Source: Squalus acanthias (taxonomy: Eukaryota). From it: a DNA stretch of 64,000 bases. Both the position numbers and the translations under genes were made by a program. The stretch's first letter is position 1. Each line of letters begins with the position of its first letter. The stretch is from contig CM059432.1 in NCBI GenBank assembly GCA_030390025.1, positions 5,022,001 through 5,086,000 of the forward strand. The letters run 5' to 3'. Of this stretch, positions 49,217-62,039 are shown in pieces. Under the pieces are notes generated by a model. It was not told the origin of the DNA. It saw nothing but the letters and a program-made list of their open reading frames with translations, and ran no database searches.

Positions 49217-52200
49217 GTGGTACAGGGAGCCAGTCAAGTGGGGGGAGCAAAAAGAAATGTGGTAGTGGTAGGGGACAGAATAGTTAGGGGGATAGACACT
49301 GTTCTCTGCAGCGTGAGTCCCGAAGGCTGTGTTGCCTGCCCTGCTGCCAGGGTAAAGGGCATCTCCTCCTGGCTGGAGAGGAACTTAGAGTGGGAGGGGA
49401 AGATCCAATTGTCGTGGTCCATGTAGGTACCAACGACATAGGTAGGACAAAGAAAGAGGTTCTGCTGAGCGAGTATGAGCAGCTAGGGGCTAAATTAAAA
49501 AGCAGAACCACAAAGGTAATCATCTCTGGATTACTACCTGAGCCACGTGCAAATTGGCATAAGGTAAATAAGATCAGAGAGATGAACAAGTGGCTCAAAC
49601 ATTGTTGTAGGAGAAATGGGTTTCAATTCTTGGGGCACTGGCACCAGTACTGGGGTAAGAGGGAGCTGTTCTGTCGAGATGGGCTTCATTTGAACCAGGC
49701 TGGGACCAGTGTCCTGGCGAATCGAGTAACTAGGGCTGTAGATAGGGCTTTCAACTAAATAGTGGAGGGTGGGGTGGGGGGGGGGGGGATGGATCCGCCG
49801 AGCAGAAATTTAAAATAAGTCAAATAAAAATGAAGGCAAAAGTGCAGGGTAGCGAAAGGGGTAATGATAACCAGAGTGTGACAGGAAGGGACAGAGCGTA
49901 TACACAAAAGAGTGCATCAGAAAGAGGGGTCAGAGTAGGGAAAAATGGTAAAAAGACATTAAAAGCTCTATATCTGAATGCACGCAGCATTCGTAACAAG
50001 ATAGATGAGTTGACAACACAAGTAGAAATAAATGGGTATGATCTGATAACCATTACAGAGACGTGGTTGCAAGGTGACCAAAGCTGGGAACTGAATATTC
50101 AGGGGTATTTGCCATTTCGTAAGGATAGGCAGAAAGGAAAAGGAGGTGGTGCAGCTCTGTTAATAAGGGATGAGATCAGCACAGTAGTGAGAAATGATAT
50201 TAGCTTAGAAGATCAAGACGTAGAATCAGTTAGGGTGGAGATAATAAATAATAAGGGTAAGTCGTCACTGCTGGGAGTGGTCTACAGGCCCCCAAACAGT
50301 AGCCACACTGTAGGACAGAGTATAAATCAAGAAATAATAGAGGCTTGTAAGAAAGGTACGGCTATAATCATGGGAGATTTTAATCTTCATATTGATTGGA
50401 CAAAGCAAATTGGCAAAGGTAGACTTGAGGAAGAGTTCTTAGAATGTATACATGATGGTTTCTTGGAACAATACGTTGTGGAACCAACCAGGGAGCAGAC
50501 TATTTTAGATCTGATAATGTGTAACGAGGCTGGATTAATTAATGATCTCGAAGTGAAGGATCCTCTTGGGAAGAGTGATCATAGCATGGTAGAATTTCAA
50601 ATTCAGTTTGAGGGCGAGAAAGCTAGGTCTCAAACTAGTGTCCTGAACTTAAATAAAGGGACAAAGGTATGAAGGCAGACTTGGTTAAAGTGGACTGGGA
50701 AAATATATTACAGGGTAGGGAAATTATTGGACAAAATTCTGAGGGACAGAATTAGTCTCCACTTGGAGAGGCAGGGATTAATCAGGGATAGTCAGCATGG
50801 CTTTGTCAGGGGGGAGATCATGTCTGACCAATTTGATTGAATTTTGAGAGGGGGTGACTAGGTGTGTGGATGAGGGTAGTGCAGTTGATGTAGTCTACAT
50901 GGACTTCAGTAAGGCTTTTGTCGAAGTCCCACATGGGAGACTGGTCAAGAAGGTAAGAGCCCATGGGATCCAGGGCAATTTGGCACATTGAATCCAAAAT
51001 TGGTTTAGTGGCAGGAGGCAGAGGGTGATGGTCGAAGGTTGTTTTTGTGACTGGAAGCCTGTGTCCAGTGGTGTACCGCAGGGATCGGTGCTGGGTCCTT
51101 TGCTGTTTGTAGTGTACATTAATGATTCAGATATGAATGTAGGAGGTATGATCAGTAAGTTCGCAGATGACACGAAAATTGGTGGAGTGGTAAATAGCGA
51201 GGAGGGAAGCCTCAGGCTACAGGACGATATAGACGGGATGGTTAGATGGGCAGAACAGTGGCAAATGGAATTTAACCCTGAAAAGTGTGAGGTGATGCAT
51301 TTTGGGAGGACTAACAAGGCAAGGGAATACACAATGAATGGTAGGACCCTAGGAAGGACCTTGGTGTGCATGTACATAGATCTCTGAAGGCAGGACAGGT
51401 AGATAAGGTGGTTAAAAAAGGCATATGGGATATTTATATTCTATGCCTCGGCTAATGAAGGCAAGAGCAGGGAGGTTATGATGGAGCTGTACAAAACGCT
51501 AGTTAGGCCACAGCTGGAATACTGTGTGCAGTTCTGGTCACCACACTCTAGGAAGGATGTGATTGCATTGGAGAGGGTGCAGAGGAGATTCACCAGGATG
51601 TTACCTGGGCTGCAGCGCTTCAGCTATGAAGAGAGACTGGACAGGCTGGGGGTGTTTTCCTTAGAGCAGAGAAGGCTGAGGGGGGACCTGATTGAAGTGT
51701 ACAAAATTATGAGGGGCATAGATAGGGTAGATAGAAAGGAACTTTTCCCCTTAGTAGAGGGGTCAATAACCAGGGGGCACAGTTTCAAGGTAAGGAGCAG
51801 GAGGTTTAGAGGGGATTTGAGGAAAAGCTTTTTCACCCAGAGGGTGGTTGGAATCTGGAACTCACTGCCTGAAAGGGTGGTAGAGGCAGGAACCCTCACA
51901 ACATTCAAGAAGCATTTAGATGAGCACTTGAAACGCCATAGCATACAAGGCTACGGACCAAGTGCTGGAAAATGGGATTAGAATAGACAGGGCTTGATGG
52001 CCGGCGCGGACACGATGGGCCTCTTTCTGTGCTGTATAACTCTATGACTCTATGACATTTGGAAAATCATAATATAGTCAAGCAGAGTCAGCATGGTTTT
52101 ATGAAAGAGAAATCATGTTTGACAAATTTGCTGGAGTTCTTTGAGGATGTAACGAGCAGGGTGGATAAAGAGGAACCAGTAGATGTCGTGTATTTGGATT

Positions 52201-53345
52201 TCCAGAGGGCATTTGATAAGGTGCCACATAAAAGGTTACTGCACAAGATAAGAGCTCACTGGGTTGGGGTAATATATTAGCATGGATAGAGGATTGGCTA
52301 ACTTACAGAAAACAGAGAGTCGGGAAAAATGTGTCATTTTCAGGTTGGCAAACTGTAACTAGTGGGGTGCCGCAGGGATCAGTGCTGGGGCCTCAACTAT
52401 TTACAATCTATATTAATGACTTGGATGAAGGGACCGAGTGTAATGTAGCCAAATTTGATGATAAAGATAGGTGGGAAAGCGAATTGTGTGGAGGACGCAA
52501 AGAATCTCCAAAGGGATATAGATCGGCTAAGTGAGTGGGCAAAAATCTGGCAGATGGAGTTTAATATGGGGAATATGCGAGGTTATCCACTTTGGTAGGA
52601 AAAATAAAAAGCAAATTATTTAAATGGGGAGAGGTTATAAAATGCTGAGGTACAGAGGGATCTGGGGGTCCTTGTACATGAATCATAAAAAGTTAGCATG
52701 CAGGTACAGCAAGTAATTAGGAAGGCAAATGGAATGTTGGCATTTATTGCAAAGGGAATGGAGTATAAATGTAGGGAAGTCCTGTTACAACTGTAAAGGG
52801 CATTGGTGAGACCACACCTGGAGTACTGCGTACAGTTTTGGTCTCCTTATTTAAGGTAGGATATACTTGCATTGGAGGCAGTTCAGAGAAGGTTCACGAG
52901 GTTGATTCCAGAGATGAAGGGGTTGTCTTATGAAGAAAGGTTGAGCCTATACTCATTGGAGTTTAGAAGAGAGGGGATCTTATTGAAACATATAAGTTTC
53001 TGAAGGGGCTTGACAGGGTTGATGCACAGAGGATCGTGGGGGAATCTCGAACTAGGGGGCATAATTTCAGAATAAGGGGTCACCTATTTAAAACGGAAAT
53101 GAGGAGGAATTTCTTCTCTGAGGGTCGTGAATCTTTGGAATTCTCTTCCCCAGAGAGCTGTGGAGGCTGAGTCATTGAATATATTCAAGGTGGAGAGACA
53201 GACAGATTTCTGAATGGTAAGGGAGTCAGGGGTTATGGGGAGCGGGCAGGAAAGTGGAGTTGAGGCCAAGATCAGATCAGCCATGAATCTTATTTATTGC
53301 AGGTTCGAGGGGCCAAATGATCTACTCCTGCTCCTACGTCTTATG
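49217..53345 (+). mobile_element. Composite CR1: ORF1 SGNH esterase, APE endonuclease and two RT/3' segments
   Basis: VHVGTNDIG/DGLHLN; YLNARSI, ITETW, YRPP, GDFN, SDH; RT of a second subfamily about 50714..52055; host-type RT 52056..53345. Confidence 0.9.
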
Positions 53346-53744
53346 TATCCTACCACCGACAGCACTCCCAAATATAAAAGGAGGCAAACTTCTAAAAACC
53401 AACGCCATTGGAACTCCACATTTTCATCACTCGTCCAGAACATTTCAGTAAGGAAAAGAGCCAACAGATTAATATTGTACAGAGTCAGGCCTGCTTTTGT
53501 AGGATAGCACACAGCACAAGACACTTTTTTCTGCTCTAAAGTGTGGCTCTCTCTCCTGATTGGAAGCGGAGGACCGGATGAATATGCAGTAACCAGTTAG
53601 CGTTTAAATCTGGGTTCCTGCTCACAATTGCTGCCTGGCAATCACTGGTGGAGGTGCTAATGTGGACACAAGGACAGGATAGGCCTTGGCTGTGTGGCTC
53701 TTGTGGTCGTACTGTCAATACTCAAAAGGAGACATAAAAGGCAC

Positions 53745-54360
53745 TTGGACAAGATGGCGGAAGGCAACTGGAACCCATGCAGCTGTTCAAGAAGGAGTCA
53801 ATGTCTTCTGAGCAGGGGGGGGTGGGGGGGAGAGAGGAGAGAGAATACAGAGAAAATCATATTTTGCAAATGGAGTGACTGCTGCCAACGAACCGGAAGC
53901 TGTGTAGAAGTGTTCTGCGCATAAATTTTTGGTGCTTTAAGTATGAATGCATAATAGTCATATCGCATGCCAATATCTATGGAGCTATGGGTTGGTTTAA
54001 TAATATATAATAGCGCGGGTTGGTTTAAGTATCGATGTATGATATTTTTGCGGGGGGAGGGTTGCGGAGATTTATTTGTACGGTGCGCGAGCTCCTTGTG
54101 AAGGAAAAGGAGAAGAAAATTAATAAAAATGGAAGTTCACTGTTTTTCTGGCGCAGATTTTCTTTCCCTGGCGCGGCTGTGTTCGGCAGCAGCGATCTCT
54201 TTTCACCACCCCTGCCCTCCTTTCTCTCTGGAAGTGTTTTCTTTGGAATGGTGACAATATTTCAGTCAGCGAACAACCGGAAAAACACAAACTGCGCGCG
54301 CGCGCACACAACTACTTCAACCTTGTTGGCAGCAGTCGTGTCCTTTTGCAAAATAAGGTG
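53745..54360. promoter_or_regulatory. CpG-rich promoter-like patch in intron
   Basis: CAAGATGGCGG, ACCGGAAG, TGCGCGCGCGCGCA; about 25 CpG in 53885..54340. Confidence 0.35.
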
Positions 54361-54370
54361 AATGTTAGGT

Positions 54371-54715
54371 TACAAAAGCAAATTACTGCAGATGCTGGAA
54401 ATCTGAAATAAAAACAGAAAATGCTGGAAACACTCAGCAGGTCGGGCAGCAACTGGGGAGAGAGAAACAGAGTCAACGTCTCAGGTCAATGACCTTTCGT
54501 CAGAACGGGAAGAAGTTAGAGATGTAACAGGTTTTAAGCAAGTACAGAGGCAGGGAAAGGCGGCCCCGGGGGGGGGGGCAGGCGGGAAGAACGAAAGGGA
54601 AGGTCTGTGATAGGGTGGAAGGCAGGAGAGAATAGATGACAAAAGGGATGATGGTGCGAGGTGAAAAGGAGATGGGTCAAGAAACAAATGTTGGGTCGAG
54701 AGGAGTGTAAAGGTC
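54371..54715 (-). mobile_element. Penelope-like 3' terminal region
   Basis: Reverse complement of 29770..30053. Confidence 0.8.
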
Positions 54716-54748
54716 CCACATTTATTTCAGGATAAATATTATACTCAC

Positions 54749-54814
54749 CACTTTAGTGTCTTCACCATTTACTTGAAATTCACTTATTACCTCTGTGGCA
54801 ATACCGAGAGATGC
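54749..54814 (-). CDS. TRAPPC8: TRAPPC8 exon (ASLGIATEVISEFQVNGEDTKV)
   Basis: ttacag| acceptor, GTG|gtgagt donor, 66 nt, phase 0 to 0. Confidence 0.92.
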
Positions 54815-55639
54815 CTGTAATCATGAAAAACCAGTTTAAAAAAAAAAGCATAATGTACATTTACATTTACCATGACAGGTATCTTTTATCCTCTTAAAAT
54901 TAAATAGTACCAATGTAAAATTTGCTACTTTTAACCCATTACTGAAGCTGAAAACAAGCATGTCTTGATGGTTCCAACCCAAAAGATTATCTAGAAGAGT
55001 GTACAAGTCACATAAAAGTCACGCCCACCCAACATATAAAAGCTGAGCAAACAAGTTTACCACAATAAATGTGTGCCAAATACTGTTGGGTAAGATTCAT
55101 TTAAATTCGAGAATAAGCAGGAAGGTCAGGCAAGACCTTTTCACCAAAAAATAGGAGTTGTAGAATAATTTGTTAAGAAAGGCTACTCCAGATAGTACAA
55201 ACAGATTCAAGACAATTAGGGCTAGTTTTGCAAGGCTAGGTGGTGGTGGGGGGAACAGAAACTGAAATACAAGCAATACAGGTAGATAAGAATGTTCTAT
55301 GAAAAAAAAAAGGAATGGCTTGCTTGGGCCAAAAAAGGACTACAGAACAAATCAATGCCCTCCAATTCAAATAAAGAGGAAAAACCACTCCCTCAAACAT
55401 TGACACAACTAAAGTTTAAAAAAAAAAATACAAATACGTTAAATAACTTGAGTACATGTATAAAAATGCCAAATGATACACTGGGAAACATTAAGCAATG
55501 CGTCGATATAACAGAAAATAACATTTAATTGATCAATGGCACTTCACGCAAAACACGACAGGAATGGGTCTGCTGCTTCAATCTGCGGATTTAGCCTGCT
55601 ACTGCTTAATCATGGTCACGAAAAGGCTGCATGAGAGGG

Positions 55640-56042
55640 CCTTTATTCTCTGGAGTTTAGAAGAATGAGAGGTGATCTCATTAAAGCATATAAGATTCTG
55701 AGGGGGATTGACAGGGTAGATGCTGAGAGGTTGTTTCCCCTGGCTGGAGTGTCTAGAACTAGGGGGCATAGTCTCAGGATAAGGGGTCGGCAGTTTAAGA
55801 CTGAGATGAGGAGGAATTTCTTCACTCAAGAGGGTGGTGAATCTTTGGAATTCTCTTCCCCAGAGGGCTGTGGATGCTCAGTCGTTGAGTATATTCAAGG
55901 CTGAGATCGCTAAGATTCTTGGGCACTTAGAGAATCAAGGGATAGGACGGGAAAGTGGAGTTGAGGTCGAGGATCAGCCATGATTTTATTGACTGGCGGA
56001 GCAGGTTCGAGGGACCGTACGGCCTAATCCTGCTCCTATTTC
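55640..56042 (+). mobile_element. CR1 3' end
   Basis: RGDLIKAYKILRG...RTRGHSL. Confidence 0.86.
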
Positions 56043-57415
56043 CTTTTTTTTTTATTCATTCCTGGGATGTGGGCATCGCTGGCAAGGCCAGCATTTATTG
56101 CCCATCCCTAGTTGCCCTTGAGAAGGTGGTGGTGAGCCGCCTTCTTGAACCGCTGCAGTCCCGTGTGGTGAAGGTGCTCCCACGGTGCTGTTAGGGAGGG
56201 AATTCCAGGATTTTGACCCAGCGACGATGAAGGAACGGCCGATATACTTCTAAGTCAGGATGGTGTGTGACTTGGAGAGGAACTTGGAGGTGGTGGTGTT
56301 CCCATATGGCTGCTGCCCTTGTCCTTCTAGGTGGAAGAGGTCGCGGGTTTGGGAGGTGCTGCCGAAGAAGCCTTGGCGAGTTGCTGCAGTGCATCTTGTA
56401 GATGGTGCACACTGCAGCCACGGCGCGCCGGTGGTGGAGGGAGTGAATGTTTAAGGTGGTGGATGGGGTGCCAATCAAGCGGGCTGCTTTGTCCTGGATG
56501 GTGTCGAGCTTCTTGAGTGTTGTTGCAGCTGCACTCATCCAGGCAAGTGGAGAGTATTCATCACACTCCTTACTTGTGCCTTGTAGATGGTGGAAAGGCT
56601 TTGGGGAGTCAAAGAGGTGAGACGCTCGCTGCAGAATACCTAGCCTCTGACCTGCTCTTGTTGCAACAGTATTTATGTGGCTGGTCCAGTTAAGTTTCTG
56701 GTCCATGGTGACCCCCAGGATGTTGATGGTGGGGGATCGGCGATGGTAATGCCGTTGAATGTCATGGGGAGGTGGTTAGACTCTCGCTTGTTGGAGACAG
56801 TCATTGCCTGGCAGTTCTGTGGCGCGAATGTTACCTGCCACTTATCAGCCCAAGCCTGAACGTCATCCAGGTCTTGTTGCATGCCGGCATGGACTGCTTC
56901 ATTATCTGAGGAGTTGTGAATGGCACTGAACACTGTGCAGTCATCAGCGAACATCCCCATTTCTGACCTTATGTTGGAGGGAAGGTCATTGATGAAACAG
57001 CTGAAGATGGTTGGGCCTAGGACACTGCCCTGAGGAACTCCTGGGGCTGTGATGATTGACCTTCAACCACCACAACCATCTTCCTGTGTGCTAGGTATGA
57101 CTCCAGCCAGTGGAGCGTTTGCCCCGATTCCCATTGACTTCAGTTTTACTGGGGCTCCTTGATGCCATACTCGGTCAAATGCTGCCTTGATGTCAAGGGC
57201 AGTCACTCTCACCTCACCTCGGGAATTCAGCTCCTTTGTCCATGTTTGGACGAAGGCTGTAATGAGGTCGGGAGCGGAGTGGTCTTGGCGGAACCCAAAC
57301 TGGGCATCAGTGAGCAGGTTATTGGTGAGTAAGTGTAGCTTGATAGCACTGTCGATGACACCTTCCATCACTTTGCTGCTGATTGAGAGTAGTAATTGGC
57401 CGGGTTGGATTTGTT
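56043..57415 (-). mobile_element. 5'-truncated copy of the single-ORF LINE
   Basis: QFGFR, LDIKAAFDRVWH, FADD; poly-A tail near 56045. Confidence 0.9.
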
Positions 57416-57814
57416 CTTATGAATGCATAACAATTTATTTGACCTAAAGCAGCCCCCACAACTATTAGATGCCGTACAAAGGTTTGGCTTCCATTTGTAG
57501 CTATAGTTGTAACAAGTCATCGTCTCTCTGACTAAAGAGTTGATTACTCTGTTGTAACTCATCTGTGCTTATTTATACTTTTTCTTCCATCACATGTATG
57601 GAGGAGTGGATATTAACTGCTTCCTGGGAGCGGCACGAGTCTAGACTTTCCGTTCCTTGATCAATAAACCAAGAGGAAAAATGTCATTAACAAAAACCTA
57701 GAGCAGGTGGGGAGGTGGTGTTCTGGGAAACAACAGTGTTGGAAGAATACAACCATGGCCATGACCAGGAGGAACCCCAATGATTTGTTTACAGTTGAAC
57801 TGGTTTGATCTCCG

Positions 57815-58187
57815 ATTGAGATTGGGCCTATACGCTCTGGAGTTTAGAAGAATGAGAGGTGATCTCATAAAAACATACAAGATTCTGAAGGGGATTGACA
57901 GGGTAGATGCTGAGAGGCTGTTTCTCCTGGCTGGAGAGTCTCAGGATAAGGGGTCGGCCATTTAGGACTGAGATTAGGAGAAATTTCTTCACTCAGAGGG
58001 TGGTGAATCTTTGGAATTCTCTACCTCAAAGGGCTGTGGATGCGGAGTCGTTGAGTATATTCAAGGCTGAGATCGATAGATTTTTGGACTCTCGGGGAAA
58101 TCAAGGGATATGGAGATCGGGCGGGAACGTGGAGTTGAGGTTCAAGATCAGTCATGATCTTATTGAATGGCTCCTAATTCTTATGTT
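57815..58187 (+). mobile_element. CR1 3' end
   Basis: RRNFFTQRVVNLWNSLP. Confidence 0.86.
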
Positions 58188-58688
58188 CGAATGGAATACC
58201 AAGTCAACAGGCCCAGTTCATCTTTGATCCAGGTAATGTTTGAGCTCCTTTAGGCTCAAAGATAGAAGATATTAAATGATGGGAAAAGGCAGATCTTTAA
58301 TACCATGTCAAAATAAACAGTAGGGGCAGTGGATTGCGAAAAGCAAATTAAAGATGGTCAGTAAGTTCTTCACAGAATGTACAAAATGGACTTCCACATA
58401 GGGTAGCAGACCCTCGTCAGTTTGAGCTGCAGCCAAGCCAGACGGTGAAGTGCCCCAGGGGTGAAAGGAATGTGTTGCAACGCACCACACCAGACACTTC
58501 AATATGTAAACCGTCAGGTAAATTATGTAAAGCGTATAAGCAGATTTAAAAACCCGAGAGAAATAGCCGATGAGAATTAGCAGACGATGAAAGCAGAAAT
58601 TTGCTAAGCTAATCCAATAGTTACAGAACCTCCTGTGCATATCAGTACTGAGCATAAAGCTGCAATTATTCCAGAAATGCTTCATTAC

Positions 58689-58849
58689 CTTTGGATGTGC
58701 ATCTTTCTCATTGCTGATCGACTCTCTTGTATCTCCCTCTGAACCTTTATTAAAGTTTCTAAAATTAAATTTCCACAACAACGATAGATCGTTCAACAGT
58801 AGAGGGACCTTCAAAGGATTTTTGAACATGACTTCGACCGTGACTGGTT
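58689..58849 (-). CDS. TRAPPC8: TRAPPC8 exon (EPVTVEVMFKNPLKVPLLLNDLSLLWKF...AHPK)
   Basis: tgtgtag| acceptor, AAG|gtaatg donor, 161 nt, phase 1 to 0. Confidence 0.93.
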
Positions 58850-59113
58850 CTACACACAGCAAAACCAAAAACACATTAAGAATGACAAGGTACAACATGA
58901 CTGGCAGCATTATCAAATGAAACCACTTGTGCAAGGTTGTTTGTAGAAAGACAGTGTCTAATATCCTACAGAAATCAATAAATCCTGTTAAGCTTAAAAA
59001 GAAAGTAGAGGAAAAAGAAAAAACAACTTCTTCCATTACTGAAATTTTGGAACCAGTATGAGGAAAGTTACTAAGCTATCAGCACTGAGCAAAGTGGGAG
59101 GCTTTAAAAGAAA

Positions 59114-59568
59114 AAGACTTGCATTTATATAGTGCCTTTCACGACCTCAGTCCCAAAGCGCTTTACAGCCAATGAAGTACTTTTGAAGTACAGTCACTGT
59201 TGTAATGTAGGAAACGCGGCAGCCAATTTGCACACAGCAAGCTCCCACAAACAGCAATGTGATAATGACCAGATCATCTATTTTTTTTTTTTTTTTTTTT
59301 AAACTGATGTTGGTTGAGGGATAAATATTGGCCAAGACACCGGGGAGAACTCCCCTGCTCTTCTTCAAAATAGTGCCATGGGATCTTTTACGTCCACCTG
59401 AGAGGCAGACAGGGCCTCGGTTTAACGTCTCATCCGAAAGACGGCACCTCCCTCAGTACTGCACTGGAGTGTCAGCCTAGATTTTTGCAGTCAAGTCTCT
59501 GGAGTGGAACTTGAACCCACACAACCCTCTGACAGAGGCGAGAGGGCTACCAACTGAGCCACGGCTGA
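59114..59568 (-). mobile_element. Deu-domain SINE, full length
   Basis: As other copies. Confidence 0.86.
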
Positions 59569-59959
59569 CATCCAAGACACCCAACAGTGCAAAGACCGGG
59601 TATGCCCCCTTTTTACAAGTTGCACTAAGCACTGCTACATTTTCATAGCCAGACCCGATCCTGCTCCTTCAATACGCAACTTTGTCTGTTTTTCTTCTGT
59701 CACGGGCCAATTTAAATGCAAGTCTTTTGAGGGGGGGGAAAAAAAAATTACTTGTAGCAAACAGAAACAGCAATATGATTAAACTACTGGTGAAAGCCTG
59801 CTCAAACGCAGTTGGTTTGACTTAATTACAAACATCTGGCCATTTCATGGGAAGGGAAGTGTGCGGTCATACTTAAAAATAAGACTTATCGTGGGTTTAT
59901 GAGAATTGCCCTTGAGCAATTTGCTGTTTTGAATCATAGCCCTTGGCCAGAAGTATACT

Positions 59960-60313
59960 TTGAAAATTCTCATCCTTGCTTTCAAATCCCTCCACGGTCT
60001 CGCCCCTCCCCATCTCTGTAATCTTCTTCAGCCCTGCAACCCTCAGACCTCTGCACTCCTCCAATGCTGGCCTCTTGCTCATCCCCGATTTTAAATCGCT
60101 CCGCCATTGGCGGCCGTGCCTTCAGCTGCCAAGGCCCTAAACTCTCCCTCCCTAAACTTCTCTTTCCTCCTTTTAAGACACTCCTTAAAACCTACCTCAT
60201 CGGCCCTTATATCTCATGTGGCTCAGTGTCAAATTTTGTTTGATAATCGCTCGAAGCGCGCCTTGGGACTTTTTACTACGTTAAAGGTGCTGTATAAATG
60301 CAAGTTGTTGTTG
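59960..60313 (+). mobile_element. L2 3' end
   Basis: Similar to 3180..3570. Confidence 0.8.
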
Positions 60314-60607
60314 AAGACGCTCGCCAATGTGGATCAACACTGATATTTGTAAGTCTAACCCCAGTAATTGTAAGTTTTTATCCACACAAAAAACCCAGTG
60401 ATTCTAGAACTTTAGACTGCCCTTCAAAAAGGCATTTCAAGAAGTGGTCATAAGTACAGGCGATGGACAATATGCTACTGCATTTCTAAAGAAGAAAATA
60501 CAACACAATGACGAAAAAAGGACATTTAAATTGGCCTGTGACAAAAGAAAAACAGACAAAATTGCATATTGAAGGAGCAGGATCGGGTCTGGCTGTGGAA
60601 ATATACG

Positions 60608-61258
60608 CATTTCTATAGCGCCTTTCACATCTTCAGGATGTCCCAAAGCGCTTTATACAACCAATTAGGTACTTTTTGAAGTGTAGACACTGTTGTAATG
60701 TAGGAAACGTGGTAGCCAATTTTGCACACAGCAAGCTCCCACAAACAGCAATGAAATAAATGACCAGATAATCCTTTTTTAGTGATGTTGGTTGAGGGAT
60801 AAATATTGGCCACGGCACCGGGGAGAACTCCCCTGCTCTTCGAATAGTGGCGGTGGATATTTTACACCCACCCGAGGAGCAATGTTCCCTGTAAGCTGCG
60901 CTTCGTTCTGCGCTGCCTGTTTCTTTTAAGGTCTCTGTAAATACCGCGCATGCACAGAAATTTAAATGTACAAAGACTTGCATTTATATTGCGCCTTTCA
61001 CGACCTCAGGATGTCCCAAAGTGCTTTACAGCCAATGAAGTACTTTTTGAAGTGTAGTCACTGCTGTAATGTGGGAAACGCGGCAGACAATATGCGCACA
61101 GCAAGCTCCCACAAACAGTAATGTGATAATGACCAGATAATCTGTTTTTGTTATGTTGATTGAGGGATAAATATTGGACAGGACACTGGGGATAACTCCC
61201 CTGCTCTTCTTCGAAATAGTGCCATGGGAACATTGCCAAGGGGGCAGACGGGGCTTCT
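60608..61258 (-). mobile_element. Nested Deu-SINE > hAT MITE (60880..61235) > Deu-SINE (about 60972..61225)
   Basis: TIRs at 60880 and 61235, flanks ccgaggag/ccaagggg. Confidence 0.75.
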
Positions 61259-61393
61259 AGTTGATAGGGAAAATTGTGTGTGGGGTGGTTGTGGGGGGGG
61301 GGGGGGGTGTAGGTACAGAATTTTGTAGAATAGGTTTCAATACGAGATCCACCAGCTGTCAAAACTTTAAAGCTTATTTGGTCAAGAATTTAC

Positions 61394-61588
61394 CTTCTAC
61401 TACAGCCACAGGAAATCGCAAGTTGTCAGTGTGGCTGTTAAGACAGTACTGCGTAGGTTGAAAATTCAGTGGTACCACTCCTTTATTCACCACAGCTGCT
61501 ACCTGCTCCTCAAGCTCTTTCCACTGCTGTGAAGCTTCACGCTCATATTCCTGGTCTAAACTGACATGGGTGGCCGCTTGCTTTTCTC
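61394..61588 (-). CDS. TRAPPC8: TRAPPC8 exon (GEKQAATHVSLDQEY...RFPVAVVE)
   Basis: ccattag| acceptor, G|gtaaat donor, 195 nt, phase 1 to 1. Confidence 0.95.
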
Positions 61589-62039
61589 CTAATGGGGGTA
61601 GGGGAAAAAGTATTTTTATTAAATAATTAACAGGGCTCCTTCATGGTGTGGTCCCTCGTACCACCATTTTGTTAGAATGGCTTGTTTCTGTGCCGTAGAC
61701 TTGATGCACATTAAAAGGGTAAAATCCCCTTGAAATACACCAACTTATTTGTCAATAGGTCTGTTCTGTTTGAAAATAGGTGGAATCACACTACAATTTT
61801 CTCTAGTACAGCACTGACTAGCCAAAATACAAGAAACAGTTTGTAACTGGCCCAAAAAAAGTTTTTCCCCATTCATCAAAACACTTTAGAATTTCTTGGT
61901 GTCTCCTCTATGAAAATGGTGCAAGCAAAACAGCCTTGTAGATTTACAGCAATAAGGAGGTGGCTGGTGGGCTTAACCATCAAGTCTTGTCTTGCCTCAG
62001 TTGAGTTGGCTTATGCAGTCTAGCTGTACTCCGCCAACT

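Noticed and set aside
53755..53924. ATG in YY1 context (MAEGNWNPC...) as a nested protein-coding gene
   Set aside because: Short, no recognisable homology or downstream exon.
58308..59036. 242-aa ORF as a standalone gene
   Set aside because: Only 58689..58849 matches TRAPPC8; the rest is intron read-through.
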